Shown here: piece by piece, positions 19,724 through 30,410 of the stretch
Position numbering within the stretch: position 1 is the first letter of the stretch
Layout of the letters: each line of letters starts with the position of its first letter
Assembly (NCBI GenBank): GCA_963815195.1
Contig: CAWFGE010000017.1
Location: 128,001-192,000 of the forward strand
Direction: 5' to 3'
DNA: 64,000 nt
Source: an uncultured Planctomycetaceae bacterium
Lineage (GTDB): Bacteria; Planctomycetota; Planctomycetia; Planctomycetales; Planctomycetaceae
Notes under the pieces: model-generated
Told to the model about the DNA's origin: nothing
The model's database searches: none
The model's input: only the letters and a program-made list of their open reading frames with translations
Made by a program: the position numbers and the translations under genes

Positions 19724-21925
19724 ATGCGTTTTCAACTGTTCATAGCCGTCGCGGGGAGTCTGATGATGCTCTCCTCGGCGTCGGCGTGTTTTATGCGGTC
19801 CCCGCAGCCCGTGCAGGTCTGGCTCGATCACATTCACGTGGACATCACCGACCAGGTCGCGGTGAAGACTTATCATTGCACGTTCAAGAATCCCAACGGC
19901 AATGCGATCGTGGGCGGCACGTGCTACATGGAACTCGAACCCGGCGCCCGCGTGGACAACATGGCCGTCGTCGTCAACGGCGTCAGCGCCCAGGCCGAGA
20001 TCCTGGACGTCGAAAAAGCCAACAAGGTATTTGCCGAGATCATTAAAGAAGGCGGCTCGCCGGCTTTGCTCGAATACTACGGCAACCAGTTGATTCAAAC
20101 CAAAGTCCCCAAAGTCGCCGCGGGCGAAACGATCACGGTCAAGCTCAAATACACGACCGTCCTCAAAAAGCGGGGCGGCCTCGTGCGCTTGCAGATGCTC
20201 AACACCAACCCCAAAGCCCTCATGCAGCCGTTGAAAAGCGCGAGCGTCACCGTCAACATCCGCAGCAAGACGCCGATCAAAAACCTGTATTCGCCGACGC
20301 ACGAAATCAAGATCGTGGAAACGCCCGATTGGGACGTGTCCGCGAAGTGGGAACAGGCGGACTATCTCCCCGAAAATCCCTTCGTGCTCTACTACCAAAC
20401 CACGGAAGAAGCCGTGGGCGCCAGCCTGCTCGCGCACCGCGAACTGGGCGAAGACGGGGCGTTCATGCTGATGCTTTCCCCCACCGTCGGCAAAGGGGCG
20501 GGCCAAATCGCCGAGTCGCAAATCCTCCCCAAGGACATTGTGTTCTGCGTCGATACGTCGGGATCGATGATCGAAAACAAAAAAATGGAGCAGGCCCAGG
20601 ACGCCCTCAAATACTGCATCGAGCATCTCCGCGCGGGCGACCGGTTTAACATCGTCGACTTCGGCACGACGAGCCGAAACTTGAGTTCCGACGGACTGAT
20701 TCCGTTGAACGACACCAACCGCGCGCGGCGCTTCGCTATGTCGAGAAACTCAGCGCCCGCGGGGGCACGGCGATTCAAGAAGCCCTCGAGCAATCGCTCG
20801 CCCAACTGAAACGAGGTCCAAAAGACGGCCGGCTGAAGATGATCGTGTTCGCCACCGACGGCCTGCCCACCATCGGCGAGCGCGAGCCGAACAAGATTCT
20901 CGACCGCATCGACGAACTCAACACCGACAACGTGCGGGTGTTCGTGTTCGGCGAGGGATTTAACGTCAACACCAAACTCTTGGATTTTCTCGCCCTCAAT
21001 CATCGCGGCGAAAGCGAATACATCCTGCCCAAGGAAGACATCACTGAAAAAATCAGCCGGTTCTTCGACCGCGTCGGCTCGCCGTTGATGACCGATTTGA
21101 AGCTGGAATTCGACGGTTTGGAAGTCACCGATGTGTTCCCGCGAAACATCAAAGACGTGTTCCGCGGCGAGCAGGTCGTGATCTACGGCCGGTATACCGG
21201 GCACGGCGAAAAGACGCTCCGCCTGACCGGAATGGCGGCAGGCGAAAAACGCACTTTCGAGTACAAGCTGGAATTCCCCGAAGTCTCCGAAGACGACCGC
21301 AACAGCTTCGTGCCCCGCTTATGGGCCGGGCAGAAGGTGGATTTTCTGTTGAACGAAATCCGCAAAAGCGAAACCGAAGACAAGGAGTTGATCGATGAAG
21401 TCACGTTCCTCGCCAAGCGGTACGGAATTGTGACGCCGTTCACGAGTTTTCTCGTCGTCGATGACAACTGCAACGCCCCGCAGCCGCAGCAAGTGGCGAA
21501 CTTTACATTTCGCATGCGGAACGAAAAAGGCGGACTGCGGAACGAAGCGGTGGGCGGATATGCGGTGACGAATGCCTATCAGCAAGCGATGAACCGGGCC
21601 GACCTGGGCCGCCAGGGCGCCGCCCGCAACCAGCTCAAACAAGTGGAATTCGCCTTGGAGAAAGAAGGCGTTCAGAAACAGCAAGCCATCGCCGCGGTGC
21701 AGGTACGTCGGCAGCCGCTGTTTCTATAACGCCAACAACCGCTGGTACGACAGCCAGTTTGACAACACGAAGCAGTCGATGCTGCAAAACGTGGACATCG
21801 GCTCGCCGGAATTCGTGAAGCTCATCAGCGAGAACCCCAAGCTGGTCAAATACATGGCCCAGGGGGAATCCGTGGTGGAGATCAAAGGCCAATGGTACCA
21901 GTTCAATGCCCGCATGCGGAGTTAG
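19724..21925 (+). CDS. Secreted VIT + vWA domain protein (~733 aa), frameshifts near 20728 and 21700
   Basis: VIT N-terminus; FCVDTSGSM; GGTAIQEAL; FATDGLPT; RLWAGQKV...YGIVTPFTSFLV. A third frame gives RYVGSRCFY...WYQFNARMRS*. Confidence 0.85.
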
Positions 21926-21950
21926 CAGGATGCGATGGTTCTTAGGAACT

Positions 21951-22129
21951 CAAACTGTAAGTCGAAAGTGAAGGGTGGCTGGGCGCAAAGGAATGTTCCA
22001 AGGAAAAAGCAGATTTGAGGCCTGGGGCCGTGAAAGATTTTTCTCGCCCGGCCGTAGCCCCAGCATTCACAGTTCGAGCCTTACTCCAAGGGGAATTTGC
22101 GCCCCAGCCACCCAAACGCTTACAGTTTG
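21951..22129. mobile_element. MITE-like ~180-bp element, copy 1
   Basis: Terminal inverted repeats CAAACTGTAAG/CTTACAGTTTG, inner GGGTGGCTGGGCGCAAA/TTTGCGCCCCAGCCACCC; second copy at 23125. Confidence 0.7.
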
Positions 22130-22151
22130 CGTTGGGAACTGTTTGAAACTC

Positions 22152-22272
22152 TGAGCGGTCGGCGCTAGCCTCCGGCTTTAATAAAAGGTTACTCACAAAA
22201 TTAAGATCCGCGGCAGCCGCTCACGGTTGCTGAGACCGGCGGCTAACCACTCAGAGGGTACCCCGGCCGCTC
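22152..22272. repeat. REP family C (TGAGCGG...CGCTAG...CCGG), degenerate
   Basis: Similar to 45858-45940 and 53714-53740. Confidence 0.55.
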
Positions 22273-22534
22273 AAGCTGACGCAAAGAACGAAACCGGGAA
22301 GACGCAAAGATCCGCTCAAAGATCTTTGCGTCTTCTCTTTGCGCTACCGGCCACCGAATCCGTCAGATCCACGGTTGCCCGGTCCCTGCGGTGGTGGTAC
22401 GCTGGTGAGTTAACTCGTTCCTTGCGAATCTAAAACTTTCGGCCGCAAGGCGGCGGCCGTTTCGCTTTTTACTTTTCGCGGCGTCGGCGGCAGGCAGCCG
22501 AACCGGGGCCGCGGTTTCAGTGGAGACTGGGAAA

Positions 22535-23119
22535 ATGAAACGTTTGGCCGGACTGTTCGCGGTGCTTTCGTTGGCGATGCTGCTGGCCTCGCCCGCGTCC
22601 GCTCAAGAAAAACCGAAACAAGCCGGGGCGAAAAAAGCCCAGGCCGGCAAAGGCGCTCCCAAGAAAGCCGGCAAGAAAAAGGCCGACCGGCAAGGCAAGG
22701 GGGCGTCCTTGGCCGATTCCACCTTGAAGAAACTCGCGGAACTCAAGCTCAGCGAAGACCAACAGGCCCAGATCAAAAAGATCGCGGCCGAGTTTGAACC
22801 CAAACTGCACGCGGCCCAGCAGAAGCTAAGTTCGCTGACCACGCCCGAACAGCGCAAAACCCGCCGGGACGCCATCGCCAAAGCCAAGGCGGAAGGCAAA
22901 AAGCCCCGCGAAGTCGTGGAGGCCTACAAACCCACCGAAGCGCAAGCCGCCGCCCAGAAAGAAGTCCGCGAAGTGCAAATGGCCTTCAACAAAAAAGTCA
23001 ACGAAGTGCTGACCAAAGAGCAGCGGCAATCGCGGCGAAAAAGTCGCCAAACCACAAAAAAACCCGCCGGCGAAAAGAAACCCGCCGCGAAAAAACCAGC
23101 CAAGAAGAAGCCCGCATAA
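22535..23119 (+). CDS. Secreted Lys/Ala-rich helical protein (Spy/CpxP-like)
   Basis: Signal peptide; LSEDQQAQI, LTTPEQ and VLTKEQ (LTxxQ-like motifs). Confidence 0.8.
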   Translation: MKRLAGLFAVLSLAMLLASPASAQEKPKQAGAKKAQAGKGAPKKAGKKKADRQGKGASLADSTLKKLAELKLSEDQQAQIKKIAAEFEPKLHAAQQKLSSLTTPEQRKTRRDAIAKAKAEGKKPREVVEAYKPTEAQAAAQKEVREVQMAFNKKVNEVLTKEQRQSRRKSRQTTKKPAGEKKPAAKKPAKKKPA

Positions 23120-23124
23120 CTCCA

Positions 23125-23295
23125 CAAACTGTAAGTCGAAAGTGGAGGGGGTGGCTGGGGCGCAAAGGAATGTTCCCAGGAAAAACGCGATTTGAGGCCT
23201 GGGGCCGCGTCAGATTTTTGTCGCCGGTTACTGCCCCAGCATTCGCAATTCAAGCCGCGTTCCAAGGGGAATTTGCGCCCCAGCCACCCAAACGC
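23125..23295. mobile_element. MITE-like element, copy 2 (right end degenerate)
   Basis: Colinear with 21951-22129 (CAAACTGTAAGTCGAAAGTG...GGAATTTGCGCCCCAGCCACCCAAACGC). Confidence 0.7.
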
Positions 23296-23482
23296 ATACC
23301 TTATCACCCGCGCCGGCGGTTGCAAATTGCCGGTGCGGGTTTTTCGATGGGGTGGTGCGGTGCGCCGGAAGCGTCGCCTGCGTTGTGGTTCGGCGGGGTT
23401 CGCCGTATCGTATTATCAAGGCCGGTTCGTCCGGTTTGACGACATGGTCAACATTGCTCAACCTTCCCAAGGATCGCTCCCG

Positions 23483-24559
23483 ATGAAAAAACTGACGCCC
23501 GCGTGCCTGGCCTTGCTGTTTGCCTCTCTTGCTTTCGCGAGCGCGGCGTTTGCGGAAGAAAACACGGTCAAGGTGTTTATTCTCGCCGGGCAGTCCAACA
23601 TGGAAGGCAAGGCCAAGAACGAGCTCATGAACCATCAGGCCCAGGATCCGAAAACCAAAGAGTTCTTCGCCCATCTGCGGAAAGACGGCGAGTGGGTCGT
23701 CCGCGAGGATGCGTTCATCAAGTATCTGAACCGCAAAGGCGGTTTGACCGTCGGCTACGGTTCGCCCGGCCGCACGGGCGTGGAACTTGAGTTCGGCACC
23801 GTGATGGCCGACCGTCTGGACGAGCCGGTGCTGCTCATCAAGACCTGCTGGGGCGGGCATTCGCTGTTCAAGCTGTTCCGTTCGCCCTCCGCGGGACTGC
23901 CCAGCGAAGAGGCTCTCCAAGCCGAGTTGGAGCAGGCCCAAAAACGCGTCCAAAACAACAACGAAAAACGCAAGCGCAACGACCCGTTGCCCACGATGGC
24001 GGACATCAAAGAAAAGTACGGCGAGTCCTACCGCAACATGCTCAAGGAAGTGAAGCACACCTTCGCCAATTACGAAACCCTGTTCCCGGAACTCAAAGGC
24101 AAGAAACTGGAGATCGCGGGGTTCGTGTGGTTTCAGGGTTGGAACGACCAGTACGGAGCACAAGACGAATACGCCTCCAACATGGCTCACTTCATCAAGG
24201 ATGTCCGCAAGGACTTGGATGCTCCCAAGATGCCGTTCGTCATCGGCGTGATGGGCCAGAACGGTTCCACGCCGGCCAAAGGGGCAATGGCAGTGATTCA
24301 AAAAGCCCAGCTCGGCATGGAAAAAATGCCCGAGTTCGCGGGCAACGTCAAAGCCGTCCGCACCGATGTGCTCGTCGACAAAGCCGCCGAGGAACTCTAT
24401 CCCCACTGGCGGGAGAATGTGGAGAAGTGGGAGCAGACCGGATCGGACTTCGGCTACCATTACATGGGCAGCGCGATCTGGTTCACCCGCATCGGCCACG
24501 CGATGGCGGATGCGATGCTCGACCTGATGAAAAACAAAAAAGGCGAGCGTGGGGCGTAA
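23483..24559 (+). CDS. Sialate O-acetylesterase (SASA/SGNH) family esterase
   Basis: Signal peptide; FILAGQSNMEG, WFQGWND, SDFGYHY. Confidence 0.9.
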   Translation: MKKLTPACLALLFASLAFASAAFAEENTVKVFILAGQSNMEGKAKNELMNHQAQDPKTKEFFAHLRKDGEWVVREDAFIKYLNRKGGLTVGYGSPGRTGVELEFGTVMADRLDEPVLLIKTCWGGHSLFKLFRSPSAGLPSEEALQAELEQAQKRVQNNNEKRKRNDPLPTMADIKEKYGESYRNMLKEVKHTFANYETLFPELKGKKLEIAGFVWFQGWNDQYGAQDEYASNMAHFIKDVRKDLDAPKMPFVIGVMGQNGSTPAKGAMAVIQKAQLGMEKMPEFAGNVKAVRTDVLVDKAAEELYPHWRENVEKWEQTGSDFGYHYMGSAIWFTRIGHAMADAMLDLMKNKKGERGA

Positions 24560-24570
24560 GCCCCATGATT
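24542..24570 (+). repeat. REP family A half-site overlapping the esterase stop codon
   Basis: GGCGAGCGTGGGGCGTAAGCCCCATGAT. Confidence 0.75.
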
Positions 24571-24611
24571 TCGTCGAATCGTTGTCCCGTCCCCATTCGA
24601 GATCAGAACTC

Positions 24612-26843
24612 ATGCAGCACAAAGCCCTCTGGTTGACGGTTTGGATTACGACCTCTTCCATCGCAAACATTTCGATGGCGGAGGAAAAATTCGATCCGAA
24701 GGCCTGGTCGCCGGTGAAATCGTCCCGCGTGAAAGGCTCGCCGGAACCGCCGCTGCCTTACACGACGAAGAGGATGTATCCGAAGCTGCGGCTCGATTTT
24801 CCGGTGTTCATGCTCTCGGAACCCGGCACCGGGCGGCTGTATTTCCTCGACCAAAAAAACCCCTACGTCAAAACCCGGTTGTGCCGAACGAAAGGCGATC
24901 CCGCGACCGGCGAGTACGAAGTGCTCTTGGAGTTCGATCCCGCGGTCGCGTATTCGTTGTGCTTTCATCCGCGCTACGAAGAGAACGGCTATCTCTACGT
25001 GGGCGCGAACTCCGTCTGGGAAAAAGGCCAGCCGAAGAAGTCGCGGATCGTGCGCTACGCCGTGGACCGCAAACCGCCCCATAAAATCGATCCCGCGTCG
25101 GCGATGACGATCATCGAATGGGAATCGGACGGCCACAACGGAGCCGCGATCACCTTCGGCTTGGACGGCATGCTGTATGTCACGTCGGGCGATGGCACCT
25201 CCGACTCGGATGAAAACATCAAAGGCCAGGGCCTCGACCATCTCTTGGCCAAGGTGCTCAGGATCGATGTGGATCATCCCGCCGCCGGCAAAGCCTATTC
25301 GGTGCCGAAGGACAATCCCTTCGCCGGCCAGAAGAACGTCGTCCCCGAGACTTGGGCCTATGGACTCAGGAACCCCTGGCGAATGACGACCGACCCCAAC
25401 ACCGGCCACATCTGGGTCGGCAACAACGGGCAGGACCTTTGGGAGCAGGCCTTCCTGATCCAAAAGGGAGCCAACTACGGTTGGAGCGTTTACGAAGGCA
25501 GCCATCCGTTTTATTTGGGCCGCCAGCTCGGCCCGCATCCCGTCGTCAAACCCACCGTCGAGCATCCCCATTCCGAGGCCCGCTCGCTCACGGGAGGCGT
25601 GGTGTATTACGGCTCCCAACGGCCGGGGCTTCGCGGAGCCTACATCTACGGCGACCATTCCACCGGGAAGATTTGGGGCGTCAAACACGATGGGCGAAAG
25701 GTGACCTGGCATCAGGAACTCGCCGACACGCCGTTTAACATCACGGCCTTTGCCTTGGATGCCGAGGGCGAACTCTTGATCGCCGACCATCGCGGCCAGC
25801 AGGAAGGCGGGTTTTACACGCTCGTTCCCAATGACAAACCCGGTTACGACCCCGCCGATTTTCCCAAAAGGCTCAGTCAAAGCGGCTTGTTCGATTCTGT
25901 CGCCAAGCATGAGATGGCGGCGGGGTTGATTCCGTATTCCGTCAACTCGCCGCTGTGGTCGGACGGGGCGTTCAAAGGCCGATGGATCGCGCTGCCGGCC
26001 GTGAAAGATGAAGCCGGCAAAGACCAGCCGCCGAACATCGAGTACCGCGACAAGTGGGGCTGGAACTTCCCGGACAATACGGTGCTCGTCAAATCGTTCG
26101 GGCTGGAAACCAAAGCCGGCGATCCGAAATCCCGGCGGTGGATTGAAACGCGGTTCCTCACCAGGCAGCAAGGCGAGTGGGTGGGCTATTCCTACGCCTG
26201 GAACACGGACCAGACCGACGGCGTGCTGGTCGAAAAAACCGGCCGGGACCAGACGTTTTCCATCACCGGCAAGAACGGCAAACGGCACACGCAAACCTGG
26301 CATTATCCCAGCCGGACCGAGTGCATGGTCTGCCACAGTCGGGCCGCGAACTTCGTCTTGGGCCTTTCCACCGCGCAGATGAACAAGACCCACGACTACG
26401 GAAACATGACGGCCAACCAGCTTGAAGTATTGGAACTGTTGGGCGTCTTGAAAGTCAAAACCAAAAAAGGCGAACCACTGCCGGCCCTCGCCGATCCGTA
26501 TGATGCGACCGCCGATCTCGATGCGCGGGCCCGGTCTTACCTGCACGTCAATTGCGCGGCGTGCCACATCAAAGCGGGCGGTGGGAACGCCCAGATGGAT
26601 CTGGAACTCACCACCACGCCAAAAGCAATGAACGTGATCGATGTCAAACCGCTGCATCATCAATTCAACATCGAAGACGCGCGCCTGATTGCTCCCGGCG
26701 ACCCGGACCGCTCGGTGCTGCTCCACCGCATGAGCATCCGCGACCGCGGCCAAATGCCCCAACTTGGCACCAACCGCGTGGACGAGAAATCCGTCGAACT
26801 CCTCAAAACCTGGATCCGCTCGCTGGGGAAACCAGCGTCGTAG
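24612..26843 (+). CDS. PQQ-dependent sugar dehydrogenase (GSDH) family protein with cytochrome c domain
   Basis: HNGAAITFGLDGMLYVTSGDG, YGLRNPWR, GANYGW; two CxxCH motifs (CMVCH, CAACH). Confidence 0.9.
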   Translation: MQHKALWLTVWITTSSIANISMAEEKFDPKAWSPVKSSRVKGSPEPPLPYTTKRMYPKLRLDFPVFMLSEPGTGRLYFLDQKNPYVKTRLCRTKGDPATGEYEVLLEFDPAVAYSLCFHPRYEENGYLYVGANSVWEKGQPKKSRIVRYAVDRKPPHKIDPASAMTIIEWESDGHNGAAITFGLDGMLYVTSGDGTSDSDENIKGQGLDHLLAKVLRIDVDHPAAGKAYSVPKDNPFAGQKNVVPETWAYGLRNPWRMTTDPNTGHIWVGNNGQDLWEQAFLIQKGANYGWSVYEGSHPFYLGRQLGPHPVVKPTVEHPHSEARSLTGGVVYYGSQRPGLRGAYIYGDHSTGKIWGVKHDGRKVTWHQELADTPFNITAFALDAEGELLIADHRGQQEGGFYTLVPNDKPGYDPADFPKRLSQSGLFDSVAKHEMAAGLIPYSVNSPLWSDGAFKGRWIALPAVKDEAGKDQPPNIEYRDKWGWNFPDNTVLVKSFGLETKAGDPKSRRWIETRFLTRQQGEWVGYSYAWNTDQTDGVLVEKTGRDQTFSITGKNGKRHTQTWHYPSRTECMVCHSRAANFVLGLSTAQMNKTHDYGNMTANQLEVLELLGVLKVKTKKGEPLPALADPYDATADLDARARSYLHVNCAACHIKAGGGNAQMDLELTTTPKAMNVIDVKPLHHQFNIEDARLIAPGDPDRSVLLHRMSIRDRGQMPQLGTNRVDEKSVELLKTWIRSLGKPAS

Positions 26844-26888
26844 CACATTGGCCAAGCCCACGGATGAAACGCGGATCTTGCCCCTCGT

Positions 26889-29282
26889 TCATTCAAACTC
26901 GTTCCAATCGACGAGTTCGATGGGCGGGCGGAGGATTTCTTCGAAGCCGCTTCTTTGGCTGGTTTTGACGCCTTTGCCGGCGCGGGAGGTGACATTGTAT
27001 TTCATCTGCCCGAAGCTCAACTGCTTGCCGTTGGTATTTGTGACCCGCAGGCAATCGCTGGGGCGGGACAGAAGCTGCGCTCCCAACACGCGGTCTCCCG
27101 CTTCGAGCTTGATGCCCATCACGCCTTTGCCGGGATTGACCAACAGCGGAACTTCCTCCAAGGCGAAGTGGATGATGCGGGCGTTTTCGCTGGCGAGGAA
27201 CAACGTCTGTGCGTCGTGAATCAGTTCCACATGCACCACGCGGTCGTTCGGGCGGAGCCGGCAGAACTTGCGGCCGGCTTTCGTCGAGGCGGTGCGGTAA
27301 GGGCTCAGCGAAATCCGCATCACCTGTCCCGAAGCCGTCGCGATGAACAAAAACGGAGCCGGCGTCGGCTCTTTTTTGACCTTGGTATCTTCCGGCGTGA
27401 AGCGGGGATCGGTGGTGAGCGCCCCGATGATGCTCACCCCGTCGCCCAGCCGGGCGTGCTTGGACAGCGGCTCGCCGTAACCGGAGGAGACCGGGATTTG
27501 ATCGATGGGCAGCGTATAGGCGATGCCGTCGGAGGAGAAGAAGATCATGTGCTCCAAGGTGCTGCCGGGCAGGACGTCCAGGACGCTGTCGCCTTCGCGG
27601 ACGCGGGTGGTTTCGACTTTTTGCAGCCGATTGACCCGCTTGATCCAGCCCTCCCGCGTGACGACGACGTTCGTGTTCTCCCGCACGATGTAGGCTTGCG
27701 GATCGTACTCGGCGATGTCTTCGGTCGAGCCGATGATGGTCCGGCGTTTGTCGCCGAACTTCTCCGCGATCTCTTCCAGTTCCGTCTCGACGACATTCCA
27801 CAAGCGTTTGTCCGAAGCCAAGAGCTTGCGGATGTCGTCGGCTTCTTTTTGCTTCTGGCGGAGTTCTTCGAGGATGTTGTCGATTTCCAGTTGAGAAATC
27901 TTATAGAGCATCAATTCCAGAATGGCGTTCGTTTGCTCGGCATCCAAGGGGAACGCGGCCATGAGTTTTTCGGCGGCATCCTGTTTGCCGGCGCTGTTGC
28001 GGATGATCTTGAGGGCCTTGTCCAGCCCGTCAAAAATGATCGCCAGGCCTTCCAGAATGTGGATCCTTTTTTCCAACTGCTCCAACTGGAATTGGAAGCG
28101 GCGTTTGACGGTTTCAAAGCGGAAGTCCAAGAAATGCCGGAGCATCTCCGCCAGGCCCACGCGGGCGGGGACCATCACGCCGGCTTCGTCGGGAATGAGA
28201 CACGTTAAATTATAGGCGAAGTTTTGTTCGAGGGCGGTGTGCTTGTAGAGGTACTCCATCACCGCGTCGGGATCGGAGCCGGGCTTGAGCTCCAGAATGA
28301 TCCGCAGCCCGTTGGCATCGTTGGTTTCGTCGCCGACGTACAAAAGTTGCGGCAGTTTGCGGCCTTCGCAAATCTGGCCCAAGTCCTCGAGCAACGGCCC
28401 GGTGCTGACCATATAAGGCACCGAATAAATCACCAGCCGGTTCGGAACTTCCTTTTTCTTTTCGGCGTCGAACTGCCACTCGGCCCGGACTTTGACCGAA
28501 CCCCGGCCTTCTTCGTAAGTCGTCCGCAGGGTTTTCCGGTCGGTGACGAGCTTCCCGCCCAAGGGAAAATCCGGGCCTTTGACGTATTTCATCAGTTGGG
28601 CGACGGTGGCGTCGGGATGGCCGATGAGATGCACGCAGGCTTTGATGACCTCGCCCAAGTTGTGCGGCGGGATGCTGGTCGCCATGCCCACGGCGATGCC
28701 TTGCGTCCCGTTGACAAGCAGGTTCGGAAACCTCGCGGGCAAAACGACCGGCTCCTGCTGTTCGCCGTCGTAGTTGGGCCGCATCTCAACCACGCGATAC
28801 CGCAGTTCCGACATCAACTCTTCGGCGACCCGAGCGAGTTTGACTTCGGTGTAACGCGCGGCGGCGTGGGGCAGGCCCATCACCGAACCAAAATTCCCCT
28901 GCCCACTGACGAGCGGGTAGCGCAACGTGAAATCCTGAGCCAACCGCACGAGGGCTTCATAAACCGCGGCTTCGCCGTGCGGGTGAAAGTTCCCGGTCGT
29001 GTCGCCGCAGACTTTCATGGACTTGCGGCGTTTGGCATCGGCGGTGAGCCTGAGGCCCTGGTACATCACGAACATGATCCGCCGCTGCACGGGCTTCAAA
29101 CCGTCCCGCACGTCCGGGAGCGCGCGGGAGGTGATGACCGACATGGCATAGTTCAAATATCGCCGGCGGGTCTCGTTGCTGATGGAGACGTATTGAATCC
29201 GGTCCGATTCATCCACCGCGTCCGCGCCGTTGGTGTTCGATTTTCCGTTCTTCGATCGAGGCTTCTTCGCCAAGGGGGTCAA
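26889..29282 (-). CDS. parC: Type IIA topoisomerase A subunit (ParC/GyrA family, short CTD)
   Basis: RALPDVRDGLKPVQRR, FHPHGE, AAARYTE (catalytic Tyr), GIAVGMATSIPPHNL; no QxRGGKG GyrA-box at the start of the CTD. The parC versus gyrA call is tentative. Confidence 0.85.
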   Translation of the reverse strand: MTPLAKKPRSKNGKSNTNGADAVDESDRIQYVSISNETRRRYLNYAMSVITSRALPDVRDGLKPVQRRIMFVMYQGLRLTADAKRRKSMKVCGDTTGNFHPHGEAAVYEALVRLAQDFTLRYPLVSGQGNFGSVMGLPHAAARYTEVKLARVAEELMSELRYRVVEMRPNYDGEQQEPVVLPARFPNLLVNGTQGIAVGMATSIPPHNLGEVIKACVHLIGHPDATVAQLMKYVKGPDFPLGGKLVTDRKTLRTTYEEGRGSVKVRAEWQFDAEKKKEVPNRLVIYSVPYMVSTGPLLEDLGQICEGRKLPQLLYVGDETNDANGLRIILELKPGSDPDAVMEYLYKHTALEQNFAYNLTCLIPDEAGVMVPARVGLAEMLRHFLDFRFETVKRRFQFQLEQLEKRIHILEGLAIIFDGLDKALKIIRNSAGKQDAAEKLMAAFPLDAEQTNAILELMLYKISQLEIDNILEELRQKQKEADDIRKLLASDKRLWNVVETELEEIAEKFGDKRRTIIGSTEDIAEYDPQAYIVRENTNVVVTREGWIKRVNRLQKVETTRVREGDSVLDVLPGSTLEHMIFFSSDGIAYTLPIDQIPVSSGYGEPLSKHARLGDGVSIIGALTTDPRFTPEDTKVKKEPTPAPFLFIATASGQVMRISLSPYRTASTKAGRKFCRLRPNDRVVHVELIHDAQTLFLASENARIIHFALEEVPLLVNPGKGVMGIKLEAGDRVLGAQLLSRPSDCLRVTNTNGKQLSFGQMKYNVTSRAGKGVKTSQRSGFEEILRPPIELVDWNEFE

Positions 29283-29312
29283 CTCCGAAATTGATTAGAC
29301 TTCTAAGCAACG

Positions 29313-29403
29313 GGCGAGCGTGGGGCGTCAGCCCCATGATCTTCCGACACTCGATGTTTCTCGCTTTTTCAATTCAATCATGGGGCGTACGCCCCACGCT
29401 CGC
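29313..29403. repeat. REP family A, inverted pair
   Basis: GGCGAGCGTGGGGCGTCAGCCCCATGAT ... ATCATGGGGCGTACGCCCCACGCTCGC. Confidence 0.85.
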
Positions 29404-29787
29404 TACGCAACATTTGTTCAGTTATTTTATATGGCCGGGGCCGATTTGGCAATGGGTGTTTCGGTCATTGGGGTTAGTGGGCATGATTGGAAACTTCTTG
29501 TTGTGCGGGCGGCCGATTTTGCGGATTCTAACACGATTGCGGCTTGGAGTCATGGGAAGGATTCTCACGCCGGGAGCCTTGGGTTATTCCGGTTGTAAGG
29601 TATTGATGGCCAATGGGTTCCGAATCGGAGTTTCATACCGGTTCGCCTGGCGAACGGGCTCATTCCTGGCTGGCCTGCCGGTCGAAACCGATAAAGCTCT
29701 CCGAGCAAACTCTCGCTTGAGGATTGGACGCAGGCGGGGGATTTTTTTCCGCTCGGCCGACGAAACCTACCCATGGAGGGAATCTCG

Positions 29788-30351
29788 ATGCCACGAATGC
29801 TCCTGCGAGCCGCGGTCGTGACTGTGTTGGCTTCGGCCGCGGCGGCCTCATCGGTGTTTGCCCAGGCTCCGCTGCCGAACCCCGGCGCGCCCGGAACCAT
29901 CCCCGATGCCGCGTCCGCCCGCCCGGTGACGCCTCCCCAGCCTTATGGAATGAACCAGGGAGCTTACGGCGTTTCCCAGCCGCCCGTGCCCATCCAGGGC
30001 GGGCAGGGGCAGCTGCCTCCGACGTATTTGCAGCAGCCTGGATACGTCTATCTCAACGCCCCCCTGTATCCGTCGCCTCAGCCGTATGTCCCGCCGGAAG
30101 TCGGAAGCACGGTGATTACGAACCAGGCCCTGGCTCCGCACGAGATGCTTTACAAACACCAATACCACGCGATGTATCCCCCGTTCTATTACAAGGTGAA
30201 CGGCCGGTGGTTCATCACGCGGAACGGCATGTTGAACCGCGAAACCTGGAAGCTGCAAGGCACGGAAGTGAAGGTGAAATACCACTCGCACATCAGCCCG
30301 TTCGCCCTGTTCTGTCCGCCGGCGACATCGTTCCACCATTTTCATCAGTAA
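29788..30351 (+). CDS. Secreted Pro/Tyr-rich hypothetical protein
   Basis: GGAGG SD; signal peptide; LNAPLYPSPQPYVP...TNQALAPHEMLY...YPPFYYKV. Confidence 0.8.
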   Translation: MPRMLLRAAVVTVLASAAAASSVFAQAPLPNPGAPGTIPDAASARPVTPPQPYGMNQGAYGVSQPPVPIQGGQGQLPPTYLQQPGYVYLNAPLYPSPQPYVPPEVGSTVITNQALAPHEMLYKHQYHAMYPPFYYKVNGRWFITRNGMLNRETWKLQGTEVKVKYHSHISPFALFCPPATSFHHFHQ

Positions 30352-30410
30352 ACCCCACACGCACATTTCAGGAAGTCATTTTCACGCAGACAGATTCAGG
30401 GAACGAATTT

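Noticed and set aside
29687..29694. ACCGATAA as a sigma28 promoter for the secreted cluster
   Set aside because: No TAAA-like -35 at the proper spacing; insufficient evidence.
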